Position numbers and translations under genes: made by a program
Shown: piece after piece, positions 1 to 12,902 of the stretch
How positions within the stretch are numbered: position 1 is the first letter of the stretch
Layout: each line of letters opens with the position of its first letter
Source of the DNA: Octopus sinensis
Taxonomy: Eukaryota
Reading direction: 5' to 3'
DNA: 64,000 bases
NCBI RefSeq assembly: GCF_006345805.1
Contig: NC_043016.1
Location: 124,001 to 188,000, forward strand
The notes under the pieces: generated by a model
What the model saw: only the letters and a program-made list of their open reading frames with translations
Told to the model about the DNA's origin: nothing
Database searches by the model: none

Positions 1-20
1 ACTACTACTACTACTACTAC

Positions 21-205
21 TAATCTTTTACTTGTTTCAGTCATTTGACTGTCGCCATGCTGGAGCACAGCCTTTAGTCGAGCAATTCGACCCCAGGACT
101 TATTCTTTGTAAGCTTAGTACTTATTCTATCGGCTTCTTTTGCCGAACCGCTAAGTTAGGGGACGTAAACACACCAGCATCGGTTGTCAAGTGATGTTGG
201 AGGGA

Positions 206-281
<76 letters not shown>

Positions 282-364
282 CGACGGGCTTCTTTTCAGT
301 TTCTGTCTACCAAATCCACTCACATGTGGCTGGTAAGCAAGCTACTTACCACACAGCCACACCT
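21..364 (-). mobile_element. tRNA-derived SINE, family A (internally deleted copy)
   Basis: Reverse complement of the head (GGTGTGGCTGTGTGGTAAG...) and tail (...CCAGCATGGC...GTCAAATGACTGAAACAAGTAAAAGA) seen at 8831, 18481, 53880, 58967; internal (CA)n(TA)n. Confidence 0.85.
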
Positions 365-435
365 AATCATAATAATAAATAACAACAACAACGACGACGA
401 CGACGAAAACAACAACAACAGCAACAACAATTATA

Positions 436-1676
436 ATAATAATAACCTTCCCAGAGCTCAGGGAGGTCGAGGTTTGATCCAGCTTGAACTTACATACAAA
501 ACCACCACAATCGGACTGGCCAAATACCTTGAAGCAACCAAGGATTGGATGCTAAAACTTGTTGAAAAACATGAGAGACTGAAAAGACTTCACTCTATTC
601 TCAAAGAGAGCAAAGAATTCGCTGCTGATCTCCTAGATACCCACCAGATTGATCAGGCTGAAGGAAATGCGCCAACTGCAGCTGCAAAGGAAATAAAATT
701 AATTGCAAAGACAAAAGCACATGAAAATTTAGCTAGCAGATGGGAACAGAAACCTCTCCATGGCAAGTATGTGGCCCGTAGCAAACAAGCTGATGCCAAC
801 CAGACACACACGCACCAATGGTTACAAAGCTCAGGGTTAAAAGCAGAGAGTGAAGGTTTCATATTAGCTGCTCAAGACCAAAGCTTATTAACCCGGAACT
901 ACCAAGCCAATGTGATAAAAAATGGAGCTGACCCAAAATGCCGATTCTGTAACGATGAGATTGAAACATTAGACCACCTAATCTCAGGGTGTAGAGTCTT
1001 AGCACCTTCAGAATATAAAGCAAGCCATGACAGAGTCGGCCAGTATTTACATTGGACAATATGTCGGTATTATAAAATCAAAACCGCTGACAAATGGTAT
1101 AAACACCATCCTGAAGCTGTGACTGAGGGAGAAAATGTGTCGATTCTATGGGACTTCCCCGTGCAGACCGACAAGACTATAAAAGCTAATAAGCCGGATA
1201 CTATTATAAAAGATCAGACAAAAAGGATGTGTTTATTAATTGACATGAGTATTCCCGGTGATCACAATATAGCGGCGAAAGAATTTGACAAGATTAGTAA
1301 ATATAAAGACCTTGCTAATAAAAGTTGAAAAAATGTGGCATCTCAAGGCGACTACAGTACCAGTGATTGTAGGATCTCTAGGAATGATGAAAAAAGGTAT
1401 TGAAACCTATTTGAAAATGATTCCAGGCTTACCATCCCTACAGGAAGTGCAAAAAATCGTATTAACTGGAACGGCTCATGTACTGAGAAGAGCACTATCG
1501 CTGTGAAAATAACATCCATCCATGAATTTATTTATTTATTAATTTTTAAATACATATTTTATCTGTGAATTTGCGCGTGTAATCTGGGAATGCATACAAT
1601 GCCCTTCTCTGCCCTGGGTGTATGGAAAACACTTGGTGAGAAACGGAAGAAAATTTGAAGAAAGAAGGAAAAAACA
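436..1676 (+). mobile_element. 5'-truncated R4/Dong-like non-LTR retrotransposon (CCHC knuckle + restriction-like endonuclease), frameshifted
   Basis: GGRGL, CRFC..ETLDHLISGC, KPDTIIKD..LIDMSIP.D..K..KY, then frameshift near 1310 to VPVIVGSLG..VLTGTAHVLRRALSL* (1506); AAC/AAT repeats at both ends. Confidence 0.88.
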
Positions 1677-1699
1677 TAATAATAATAATAACAATAATG

Positions 1700-2110
1700 A
1701 GAAGTCTAATTGGCCGGATTTAGTTGTCAGGGATCACCAAGAAAAAGTTGCTTTCTAAACGATGTATCAATACCAACAGATAACAACGTTTCTCTAAAAG
1801 AAACGGAGAAACTTTCAAAATGTAAAGACCTGGAAATAGAGGTAAATCGAATGTGGAGTCTAAAAACAAAAACAATTCCCATCGTAGTAGGCACATTAAG
1901 TATGATAAAAATAAACATTCAGACAAATACATAATAAAAACACCAGGACTAACACAAGATATAGCACTACTAGGCACCGCACACCTGCTACGTAAAACAC
2001 TTTCAATACAGTAAAAATAAGAGCATTACAACCACAGTACATGCCAAAGAAACACAGAGCTTCGTTCGGTAGAGCAGAGAAAATACGTGATAAAAATAAA
2101 CCAACTGAAT
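1700..2110 (+). mobile_element. 3' stub of R4/Dong-like LINE (same family as 3321-5812)
   Basis: DVSIPTDNNVSLKETEKLSK.KDLEIEV.RMW and a 3' UTR ending AAAATAAACCAACTG + (AAT)n, matching 5400-5812. Confidence 0.85.
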
Positions 2111-2145
2111 AATAATAATAACAATATATAATAATAATAATAATA

Positions 2146-2196
<51 letters not shown>

Positions 2197-2322
2197 CAAT
2201 AACAATAATAATAATAATAACAATAATAATTATTATTATTATTATTGTTATTATTATAATTATTATAATCATCATCATCATCATCATCATCATCATTATC
2301 ATCATCATCATCATCATCATCT

Positions 2323-2380
<58 letters not shown>
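2110..2380. repeat. Compound (AAT)n / (ATT)n / (ATC)n microsatellite
   Basis: Direct reading; orientation flips near 2230, where tracts of two tail-to-tail LINE stubs meet. Confidence 0.95.
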
Positions 2381-2381
<1 letters not shown>

Positions 2382-2570
2382 CTTTCCGTGCCAAGGAGGC
2401 AAACCTTTTGTAACAGTTCTACTGGGCACTCTATTACAATTTTCTTTATATTCTTCTTGATGCCTTCTGATACTATTCCCAAGGACCCAACAATAATTGG
2501 TACTATCTTCACCTCCCTTGTTCATACCCGGGCTATTTCGTACTTATACGGGTTGTATATAAGGTTGTAA
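2380..2570 (-). mobile_element. 3' stub of R4/Dong-like LINE
   Basis: Minus ORF MKIVPIIVGSLGIVSEGIKK..ECPVELLQKVCLLGT runs into (AAT)n; homologous to 5848-6060. Confidence 0.75.
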
Positions 2571-2586
2571 TGATAATAATAATAAA

Positions 2587-3137
2587 GGCCCTGATTCAGT
2601 ACCAGGCAGTGGCTCTCGTGGCTTCTGATCTTAACTGATTAGAAGTGTTATCATGTACGTTGTTTTGTCTTGGTATAAAAGATGGGCTACAGCAAATATT
2701 CTGCTCAATACCACAGATTTGCTGGTCAGTTGTTTGACCATAACCAGTTGAGCATGTCCCTTAGTGGCTGACATATGTGCATCTCTGATCACGAGCAGAA
2801 GTAGTGAGGTAGCATCATAGCCATGTGTTGAGAGGGATTCTTAGAGTTTGGATAATTCCCCTTTGGAAACATAGGTGGTTCGTTCAACATCCTTAAACAA
2901 CCCTTATTCAGGGACCTTTTGAGTAGGATGGGCTACTTGACCAGAAGAAAATTCTAACTGAGCCCCACCTACAAGGTCAGATGCTGTTTATCTTGATATG
3001 AAATCACCTGTCATGCACATATGGTTGTGATGCATGTGCCTAGTGTACCTTATCAGAAGGGTAGTCATGATGGGTATACTGGGCTTCGTATATTTTACCC
3101 CAGTGTCACTTTGATGACATGCACGGCTCTCTCACTC

Positions 3138-3138
<1 letters not shown>
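2587..3138 (+). mobile_element. Non-coding interspersed repeat bounded by (AAT)n; probable long 3' UTR or non-autonomous non-LTR element
   Basis: Diverged partial copy at 48745-49015, also ending ...CTCTCTCA(C/T)TCAATAATAAT; no ORF. Confidence 0.65.
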
Positions 3139-3209
<71 letters not shown>

Positions 3210-3241
3210 TAATAATAATAATAATATTTAATATAATAATA

Positions 3242-3294
<53 letters not shown>

Positions 3295-3320
3295 TATAAT
3301 AATAATAATAATAATAATAA

Positions 3321-5806
3321 CATCACAGAGAAAGATTTGCCGGAAATAAAGAAAAGCTGAAGCAAGATATCCTTGCCAAAGCACAAAGGATCCGCCGGTA
3401 CAAGAAACGCCAACGCTTCTTTGAAGAAAACAAAAAGTTCAACTCCAACCCCAAAAGTTCTACCAAGAACTGGGCAAAAATAAAATAGAAGTCACTGCAG
3501 CACCAACGGCAGAAGAATTGGAAGAATTCTGGAGTGAAATATGGTCGGCGACGAACCACCAAAAAAAAGGAGTATCAAAATAACAAACTCGGCATCTGAA
3601 CAACTTTGGACCCCCATAACAACTGAAGAGGTCACCCAGGCACTGCAAAGACTAAGCAAATGGAAGGCACCTGGGCATGATAAGATCCCCAACTTCTGGT
3701 TGAAATATCTAACAGGAATGCCACAAAAAGCTGGCTGAAAACTTTAACAACGTACTAGCAGAGCCAGAGACAATGCCTGAATGGCTCACGAAGGGGAAAA
3801 CCATCTTAATTCCCAAATCAAATGAAACAGAAAAACCAGAAAACTACAGACCAATAACCTGCCTCCTACTATGTTCAAGGCATTTACTGCAGTGATATCG
3901 CAAAGGCTGAACAAGCACCTGGACGAAAACAAACTGTTCCCAGAAGAGCAGAAAGGATGCCGCAAAGGCTCATATGGCTGTAAAGATCAACTAATGATTA
4001 ATAAAGCCGTAACTGAAGACAGCCACAGAAAGAAGAAAGGCCTCAGTATGGCCTGGATTGACTACAAAAAGGCGTTTGATAGCATCCCCCACACATGGAT
4101 CCTCGAAACACTAGCCATTAACAAAGTAGCACCAACAATCATAAAATTCATAGAGCACTCTATGAATAAATGGCAAACAGTCCTACACCTCCAAACAAAT
4201 GAGGGACTCATGAAAACCAATGACATCCCCATTAGAAGAGGAATATTCCAGGGAGACACGCTCTCTCCACTCCTTTTCTGCTTGGCACTGTCACCTCTAT
4301 CTGATATGCTAAATAGAACTGGATGCGGATATATAAATGTTACGGCAAAACGATCAGCACCTTTTATATATGGATGACCTAAAACTATACGCTGCAAATG
4401 ACAAACAGCTGGAAACACCATTAAAGACAGTTCATGGATTTACCAAAGAAATAGATATGAAATTTGGATTAGAAAAATGCGCCAATGTAACCATGAAAAG
4501 GGACAAAACTAGTTAAGAGTAACAACATCACACTAGATAAAACCAATGAAATAAAAGAATTAGACCAAAGCCAAACTTACAAATACTTAGGAATCCATGA
4601 ACTAGATAAGACACAACACACAAAATGAAAGAGAAAATAAAAAAAGAATATTATAGAAGTTAGATCAATACTAAACACAGAGCTCAATGCTAAAAACAAG
4701 ATAATAGGTATCAAGCTGTCCCAGTTATAAGTTACAGCTACAATATCCTTAACTGGACACGAAATGAACTGATCAAAATAGATAGGAAAACAAGAAAAAT
4801 AATGACAGGATCTAGGATGCATCACCCAAAATCTGACATAGAAAGACTATATATACAACGTATAGGCCTTATACAGCTGAAAAACTACTATGAAATAACC
4901 ACCATAGGACTGCAAAAATATCTACTTCAGAAGGAAAGAAAACTGATCCAGATAGCGGCAAAACACGAGCAAAACAAAAAACTGTTCTCAGTATTTAAAG
5001 AAATAGACAAAGAAAAATCCCAGCAATGGTTGAGAAGCTCAGGACTCAAAGCAGAAAGAAACAGGGATTTTTAATTGCAGCACAAGACCAAAGCCTCCCC
5101 ACCAGAAATTACCAAAAACATGTAATGAAAAGAAATATTACAAGTAACTGCAGAATATGTGGAGATGGACAAGAAAAATAAATCATATTATCTCTAGCTG
5201 CCCAGTCCTGGCTAAGAAGGAATATATTCACAGACATGACAGAGTTGGAACCTACATACATTGGAAGCTATGCCAACATTATGGAATAACAACAGAAAAA
5301 AGATGGTATAGGCACACACCAGAAAAGGTCACAGAAAACGAGAAAGCAACCATACTCTGGGATATGCCGATACACACAGATAGAGAAATTAGGCCAACAA
5401 ACCAGATATAGTTATCAGAGATCATGAAGAAAAAAATGCTTTCTAATTGATGTATCAATACCGGCAGATGACAACGTGTCTCTAAAAGAAATGGAGAAAC
5501 TCTCAAAATACAAAGAACTGGAAATAGAGGTAACTAGAATGTGGAATCTGAAACAGAAACAATTCCTATCATAGTAGGTGCATTAGGCATGATAAAAAAA
5601 TATTCAGACAATACATAACAAAAACATCTGGACTTACAAACACATTAACATACAGAAAATTGCACTACTAGGCACTGCACACATCCTACGCAGAACACTT
5701 TCCATACAATAACCATCAGAGCATCACAACAAATCACAGCACATACCCAAGGCACACAGAGCTGCGCTCGGTAGTGAAGTGAAAGCACGCTATAAAAATA
5801 AAACTA

Positions 5807-5812
<6 letters not shown>
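3321..5812 (+). mobile_element. R4/Dong-like non-LTR retrotransposon, RT + CCHC + RLE, degenerate and 5'-truncated
   Basis: KAPGHDKI, PENYRPITCL, EEQKGCRKG, AWIDYKKAFDS, GIFQGDTLSP, YMDD, HPKSD, HIISSC, RLE motif; many frameshifts; (AAT)n both sides. Confidence 0.93.
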
Positions 5813-5846
<34 letters not shown>

Positions 5847-5847
5847 G

Positions 5848-6240
5848 CAATTTTGAATATGAAAAGTGTAAAATTGCAAGAATTTGGAATAGAAAAGCGA
5901 AAAGTTTGTTCCTATAATAATTGATGCATTAGGAACTGCAAGCAAAGGTATCGACAAATGGTTGAAGGAGATTGGAATTGAATGTCCTGTAGATTTTCTA
6001 CAGAAATCTTGCCTTTTAGGGACAGGAAAGATTATCAGGAGGGCCTTAAGCACTTGAAAGACTATTGAATACCTATACTTACAGGAAGTAATCCGATACC
6101 CACATAAATGCTGCCAGGAATAAGACAGAACCTGAGTCAATTCGTAAATAGTAATATTAATATGGGACTCTTCCATTGAAGACCGTGTATGAGCGTTCAG
6201 CTTTTGCAGAGTGACCTGCACAAATGATTTGATTATAATG
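5848..6240 (+). mobile_element. 3' stub of R4/Dong-like LINE with 3' UTR
   Basis: VPIIIDALGTASKGIDKWLKEIGIECPVDFLQKSCLLGTGKIIRRALST*; follows (AAT)n. Confidence 0.75.
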
Positions 6241-7976
6241 AATCAAACGTTCGTGTCGCACATTATCTTACTCTCTCTCTCCAGCAAATCGACGTTGCCT
6301 GGACAGACAGGTGCATAGTGTATCGCGCGTCAGGTGTCGTTGTGATGGCAGAGTAATGTGAGATGAAGTATTTGGTTCATGAACACAACGCACCACCCGG
6401 TCTACGAATTGAAACCACGATCTGGTAATCGTGAGTGCAACACTCTAACTACTAGACTATGCGCCCTCACAATGATGATGATGATGATGCGCGTAGGCTT
6501 TATGCACGTAGTAGATATTATTATTATCATTATTATTATTATTATTAATATTAATATTATTATTATAATTACTATTATTATTATTATTATATTATTATTA
6601 TTATTATTATTATTATCATTATTATTATTGAAGCAGTTAGCTGGCAGAATCGTTAGCATGATGGAGAAATTGCTTAGTGGCATTTCGTTCGTTTTTACGT
6701 TCTGAATTCAAATTCCGCTGAAGTCAACCTTATCTTTCATCGTTTCAGAGACAATACATTAAGTGCCAGTGAGACACTGGGGTCGATGTAATTATTTTAT
6801 GATAATAAAAAAGTCATTCTCCTGTAGATTCTCTGAAAATCAGTGTTAAAAGTCCATTAAGAAATGTATATCATTCGTCATTTCGCTTCTCGTAAATATT
6901 GGTTTTCAAATTTTACTCCGTATAAATATCAACAAAAGTTAGTGTTTTACGATCATAGGAATATCAAATGTGGTTTCTCTTTGTAACAACATGGGGTAGA
7001 AGAAAAAATGGCTTCCATAATAATGCAGGGCATCATCACAGTGGATGAAAGGAGCTCTTTGAAATCGCAGCCTGACTAAATAAATGTGGGACCCAGGTCA
7101 TAATTCATCATACAAAACATATTTCCTTCGTGGAGATATTTTGTCACCTGCATGGGCTTCTTCTACTGGAGTTCTGTTGCCAAAAGGGAAGACAGATTTT
7201 TTTATTTCTTCCATTCCTGGAAACCATTTGAGCCAAAAAAATAATATGAAGCATCAACCGCGACAACGAAAGACATTTTTTTCAAGGAAATCTTAGCAAT
7301 AGTTTATGATACTGCAAACTTGTTGTTTCTAATGGATTAAGTTTTGGCACAGCAGATTTGGTTTTAATTCTTCCTGTGCGCCCCTTCTCCAATCATGTCA
7401 ACGTAGATTGAACCGAGTATCTTTACTCTTTTGTTGCAAGGATATTTTGGTTGTGTTCATCAAGTCGTTTGTTAAAATACTTTTAGGACTGCATTATCCT
7501 ATGTGGCCTTCTAAGCGTTTGAGATATGTGGAATATTTAGTTGTATTTTTATCTCGCAAGTTGACAGACTTATTACAGCAACCACTTCGAGATTGTATCA
7601 TTAACTAGATTTAATAGTGGCATTCTATACGAACTGAACAATAATGACATTTTAGGTTGTCCTTAAAAGTCGTTATTTTTATTGAGATAAATTGAGTTGT
7701 GGTTTATTCTTGTTTCGTTTTGTTTTACTAACATTTTACTTTTTAAATTCAATTTGTAAATAAAACAAGTGTTTTCTCTTTTTTCACAAACTCATGTTTA
7801 TGGTTTCAAATTTTGATACAAAGCCAGAGATTTTAGTGAAAGGGGCTGGTTGATTGCATTGATGCCATTGGTCAACAGGTACTTATTTTATCGACCGCAA
7901 GAGTATGAAAGGCAAAATCGGCTTCAGTGAAATTTGAACTGAGAGACAACGGAAAAAAGGACAAAATGCCGCTAAG

Positions 7977-8430
7977 TATTGGGTCATTCCATAAATATTG
8001 CGTTTTTTTATACTTCTTTTATTTTTCAGAATTCAAAGGTCTGTTTTAATCAAAAATATACTCCCCTTCATTTTCTACAATGCTCTTCCATCTATCTGGT
8101 AGACTTGCAAGAGACCTCTTCTAAAATTCACTTGTCCGTGATGAAAAATACTCCTCCAGTACTGTTCTGACCTTGTCTACAGAATTCATATTTTTTCGTC
8201 CAAATGATTTTGAAGACTGCGGAGTAAATGACAATCAGATGAAGCAATGTCAGGCGAATATGGTGGGTGGGGCATCGTTTCCCATTAAAACTCTCCAGCC
8301 TTTTGAATGTCATTCTCGCTGTATATCGCCCTGCATTATCCTGATGGAAGAACACCTTACGTCTTGAAACCAAAGATGGTCGTTTTTCTTCTCGCTGTAG
8401 ATCTCGTTTGTTATCGTTTGGTTTGGGCTT
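7977..8430 (-). mobile_element. Mariner transposase C-terminal remnant with terminal repeat
   Basis: FFHQDN, then frameshifted PHPPYSPDIA.SDYHLLRSLQNHL..LPDRWKSIVENEGEYIFD*; end TATTGGGTCATTCCATAAA; second copy at 36470. Confidence 0.85.
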
Positions 8431-8830
8431 AAAAGTTCATATTCCACTAAACAGATAACAGCATCTTGCGTGGGTGAAGACCTTTAGTCTAGCAACTGCC
8501 CATTCCTAAAAAATCTTCATCATGAACATGCGGATCTTCATGCGATGTAAAACAATGTTTACATCAATGGTTACCTACCATTTTTAGCTCATGCTTCCCA
8601 CTCTGGAATCTTAAATTTTTATGTAACTCTCATGAATAGTGAATAAAGAACTTCAATTTTCTAATAAATGGTTAATGATAAAAACGGAACACTTTTGATT
8701 AATTCAAAATCCTTTAATAAAAAAATATTTGTAAAATCTATAAGATAACAAATTTTAAATATAAACTGTTTTGAATTACTTTTATCACGAAATTTATTTC
8801 TAAGAATATTTAAAAAGTGATCATTTAGAA

Positions 8831-9004
8831 GCAGGCGTGGCCGTGTAGCAAGACGCTTGCTTCCCAACCACATGATTCAGGTTCAGTCCTACTGCGTGGG
8901 TCCTTGGGCAAGTGTTTTCTATTATAGCTTCGGGCTGCCCAAAGCCTTGTAAGTGGATCTGATAAACCCGAAACTGAAAGAAGCCTGTCGTGAATCTATA
9001 TATA

Positions 9005-9043
<39 letters not shown>

Positions 9044-9400
9044 GTATGCATGTATTTATATATGTATGTATGCATGCATGTATGTATGCATGTATGCATG
9101 TTGTATGTATGTATGTATGTATGTATGTATGTATGTATGTATGTATGTATGTATGTATGCATGCATGCATGTATGTATGTATGTATTATGTATGTATGTA
9201 TGTATGTATGTATGTATTTATATGTGTGTTTGTTTCCCACTACCGCTTGACAACTGGCGTCGGTGTGTTTACGTCCCCGTAACTTAGCGGCTCGGCAAAA
9301 AAGCAATAGAATAATTATTGTGGTTGATTCATTCGAATAGAAATTTTTCAAGGCGGTGCCCCAGCATGGCCTTACTCTAATGGCTGAAACAAGTAAAAGT
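8831..9400 (+). mobile_element. SINE family A with ~230-bp internal (TA)/(GTAT) microsatellite
   Basis: tRNA-like head with B-box-like GGTTCAGTCC; family tail ...GAAACAAGTAAAAG. Confidence 0.85.
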
Positions 9401-9769
9401 AAAAAAAAAATAAAAGAATAGAAATTTATAATAATGAATAGACATTTAAAAAGAAATTTAAAACGTCATGTGATTTCTACATTTACGTATTAGACTCTAT
9501 GAAAATATCAATGTCTATTAACTGCACATTTATTCTCTATTATTCTATTTCACAAAAAGCAATAACACTTTGTTGGGTGGATTAAAAAGTCATTTATAAT
9601 CATACAATATTTTTCGGATATAATGCACATAACAAAACATGCTTCTTTTGACATCCAGAAAATTAATAACTTGTACAAAAACTATTACTTATTTTTTTTT
9701 TTTTGTATAAAAATTATATCCTTTACCAAAATAGAAAAATATATCAAATTTTATTTTTTGCTGTATTTA

Positions 9770-10340
9770 TTCAATGAGATCCTTGTAGCTGATGCAGTTT
9801 CGCAAGTTTTCAATATGAGCTGCAATGATTGTTTTAAACCACTGAGCATCCCTTCTGCTTACAGTTTCTAATTTTGCAACCGAAAAAAAACATTGGATTA
9901 AAACCTGACCCAACAAGGTAAGAAGTAGGAAAAGGCAATGACATACAATTTTGACATCCCGCCAAAGCAAGTGGAATTTCGTAGAAATTTTCACTAGCTA
10001 TCTACAACCAATTGAGCCGATCATTAAAATTTAGCAGGAGTAGTTTGATTAGTCATCAACTCAATAAAGCTTACTTATAGTCTGATAGCAACATCAACTG
10101 CAACAAACAGGTCTCTCATCCAATTTGTTCATTGTTCATTTCGAAGAGACTTTTGAACCCGATTTTCATATTATGGAGCAGTTTCTTAAAGTCAACCGGA
10201 TAAAATTTCTACCACTTGCAGTTCCACTTCAACGGCAGCAATGCTGGAACATGCATCAACGAGCCCAATATTTAAGCTGCATAGATTAAGCTTTCCAAGA
10301 AAAGCACTAATTAAATGATTCGTGTTATTTTTTTTTACCT
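9770..10340 (-). mobile_element. hAT (Buster/ZBED-like) transposase C-terminal remnant
   Basis: Minus translation gives SLPFPTSYLVGSGF and KLAKLHQLQGSH*, resembling the hAT dimerisation-domain end; many stops. Confidence 0.65.
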
Positions 10341-10395
10341 TGTAGTTGTCTTTTCAGCAAATGGAGCTTCTCAAATACATCTGGAATATAGAATA

Positions 10396-10711
10396 CTAGC
10401 ACTATGACCCAGCAACGCCGGGTCATAGTGCTAGTGCATGCACATACAGCTGCGTGCGTGCGCACATACACGCGAGTACTGTCCAAATCTCAGACATAGA
10501 GCTAGCTGGCATTCGATTGGTGTATCAAGTTTCAGGCATTTTGATTGGGTTTTGGATAGAAAATTCACAAAAAAGTCACATCTATTGATTTTTTAATGGC
10601 TTTGCTGGGTGACTGGGGAAATGTAAAGATGTGCACGACCACCCTTGGACGGTTTTGAATGACTACAGAAAGTGCGAGCCCTCTAATTGAAAAATTGTGC
10701 ATTTGTATAAA

Positions 10712-10750
<39 letters not shown>

Positions 10751-10779
10751 ACACATTTTGCCGTTTATATATATAGAGA
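10396..10779 (-). mobile_element. Non-autonomous Helitron-like element
   Basis: 5' TCTCTATATATAAA, internal (TG)n, 3' CTAG with a perfect 16-bp inverted repeat (10395-10435); inserted between A and T with no TSD. Confidence 0.7.
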
Positions 10780-10974
10780 TGTCACATTTCACTACTAGGA
10801 TTTCTTCTCCAAGCTGTTTAATACTTACTTATTCTGTTTCATTGCAACACTGTCCTAAAGCTTCACAAAGCGATAGAAGCAATTATCCTTCAAGATTGTG
10901 ACGGAATATATGGACTTTAAGAGACTAACAAAATATTTAATTCATTCAAGACTTTCCAGTGCCAACTTAGTGCT

Positions 10975-11192
10975 AAAACGTTAGCACGTCGGGCGAAATG
11001 CTTGGCGGTATTTCGTCTGCCGTTACGTTCTGAGTTCAAATCCTCCGCCGAGGTCGACTTTGCCTTTCATCCTTTGGGGGTCGATTAAATAAGTACCAGT
11101 TACGCACTGGGGTCGATATAATCGACTTAATCCGTTTGTTTGTCCTTGTTTGTCCCCTCTGTGTTTAGTCCCTTGCGGGTAGTAAAGAAATA
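10975..11192 (+). mobile_element. SINE family B
   Basis: GTTAGCACG.CGGGCGAAATGC...GAGTTCAAAT (B box)...GGGGTCGAT..AAGTACCAG...AAAGAAATAGG. Confidence 0.85.
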
Positions 11193-11618
11193 GGTATGGG
11201 GGAATGCACCGTTGCAGCCCATCATTGCATCCACCATTTCTCGGTATTTATTTGGGTCGTCTTGTGCAACCCTCCGAGCAGCGTCACAACTAGTCCTCAT
11301 CTCTGCGAAAACCTCCTCATCTGCCGTGATAATGAGACACCTGTGACCGACCAACACGAGCCGTCACCCCAACCGGATTTTCAGAAGACAGAACCCGACA
11401 CGCAGAATCCATTTCGGAAAATCGAGCAGCATGGCAACACAGTTTGAGCTGAGGACCACGAATCCTGCAAGTAAAAAGACGCATCATCAAAGATAAATTA
11501 TTATCGAAGTGTCAAATGACCCTTTTTTTCTGTTACGTTAGAAAATAAGATATGGAAAATGGAAAATAAGCCTTTGTTTGAATGTATTTGTGTGTAAAAT
11601 TTCAAAGGATTAAAAACA

Positions 11619-12225
11619 GGCGGCGAGCTGGCAGAAACGTTAGCACGCCGGGCGAAACACCTAGCGGTATTTCTTCTGCCGCTACGTTCTGAGTTCAAAT
11701 TCCTCCGAGGTCGACTTTGTGGTATATCCTTTCGGGGTCGATTGAATAAGTACCAGTTACGCACTGGGGTCGATATAATCGACTTAATTCGTTTGTCTGT
11801 CCTTATTTGTCCTCTCTGTGTTTATCCTCTTGTGGGTAATAAAGAAATAGCTATTTCGTCTGTCGCTACGTTCTGAGTTCAAATTCCCCTGAGGTCGACT
11901 TTGCCTTTCATCCTTTCGGGGTCGATTAAATAAGTACCAGTTACGCACTGGGGTTGATATAGTCGACTTAATCCGTTTGTCTGTCCTTGTTTGTCCCCTC
12001 TGTGTGTAACCCCTTCTGGGTAATAAATAAATAGGTATTTCGTCTGCTGTTACGTTCTGAGTTCAAATTCCACCGAGGTCGACTTTGCCTTCCATCCTTT
12101 CGGGGTCGATTAAATAATTACCAGTTACGCACTTAATCGACTATAATCGACTTAATCCGTTTGTCTGTCCTTGTTTGTCCCCTCTGTGTGTAGCCCCTTG
12201 TGGGAAGTAAAGAAATAAGAAATAA
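11619..12225 (+). mobile_element. SINE family B multimer (one head + three ~186-bp bodies)
   Basis: Body restarts at TATTTCGTCTG after each GAAATAG end (~11851, ~12036). Confidence 0.85.
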
Positions 12226-12565
12226 GAAAGTTCTAGGAAGATCCAAAATGGCAGCTGTGTTGTTCACTGTATCGAGGCTGAGACCTCTATAATTCCAAAA
12301 ATGTTACTGTGGTCCCATTGAACTTTGAATTGCTCCAGATTTGGAAACACTGGTTTACATCACAGGCTACAGTCGTATATAGAGACCCCCAATCGACCAA
12401 TCACTACTTTATTTCAACGAACACAGAACGATGACATGCAAATTTGATATTGGCTGGATTTGAAATTAGGACATACTAAATGACTATACATAAAACACTA
12501 GAATATAATGCCGGGTGCTCTACCAATTCTGTCCATCAACTGCTTTTTAAATTATTTTACATAGC

Positions 12566-12902
12566 CCATGGTTCCGGGTTCAGTCCCACTGCGTGGCATC
12601 TTGGGCAAGTGTCTCCTGCTATAGCCTCGGGTCGACCATAGAGTGGATTTGGTAGATGGAAACTGTAAGAAGCCTGTCGTATATATGTATATATGTATAT
12701 GTATGTGTGTGTCACCCTAGCATTGCTTGACAACCGATGCTGTTGTGTTTACGTCCCCGTCACTTAGCGGTTCGACAAAAGGGTCCGATAAAATAAGTAC
12801 TGGGCTTACAAAGAATAAGTCCCGGGGTCGATTTGCTCGACTAAAGGCGGTGCTCCAGCATGGTCGCAGTCAAATGACTGAAACAAGTAAAAGAGTAAAA
12901 GA
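12566..12902 (+). mobile_element. SINE family A (short internal microsatellite)
   Basis: Colinear with other family A copies. Confidence 0.85.

Noticed and set aside
12340-12360. TTTGGAAACACTG, a hAT-like right TIR
   Set aside because: No matching left TIR or TSD found.
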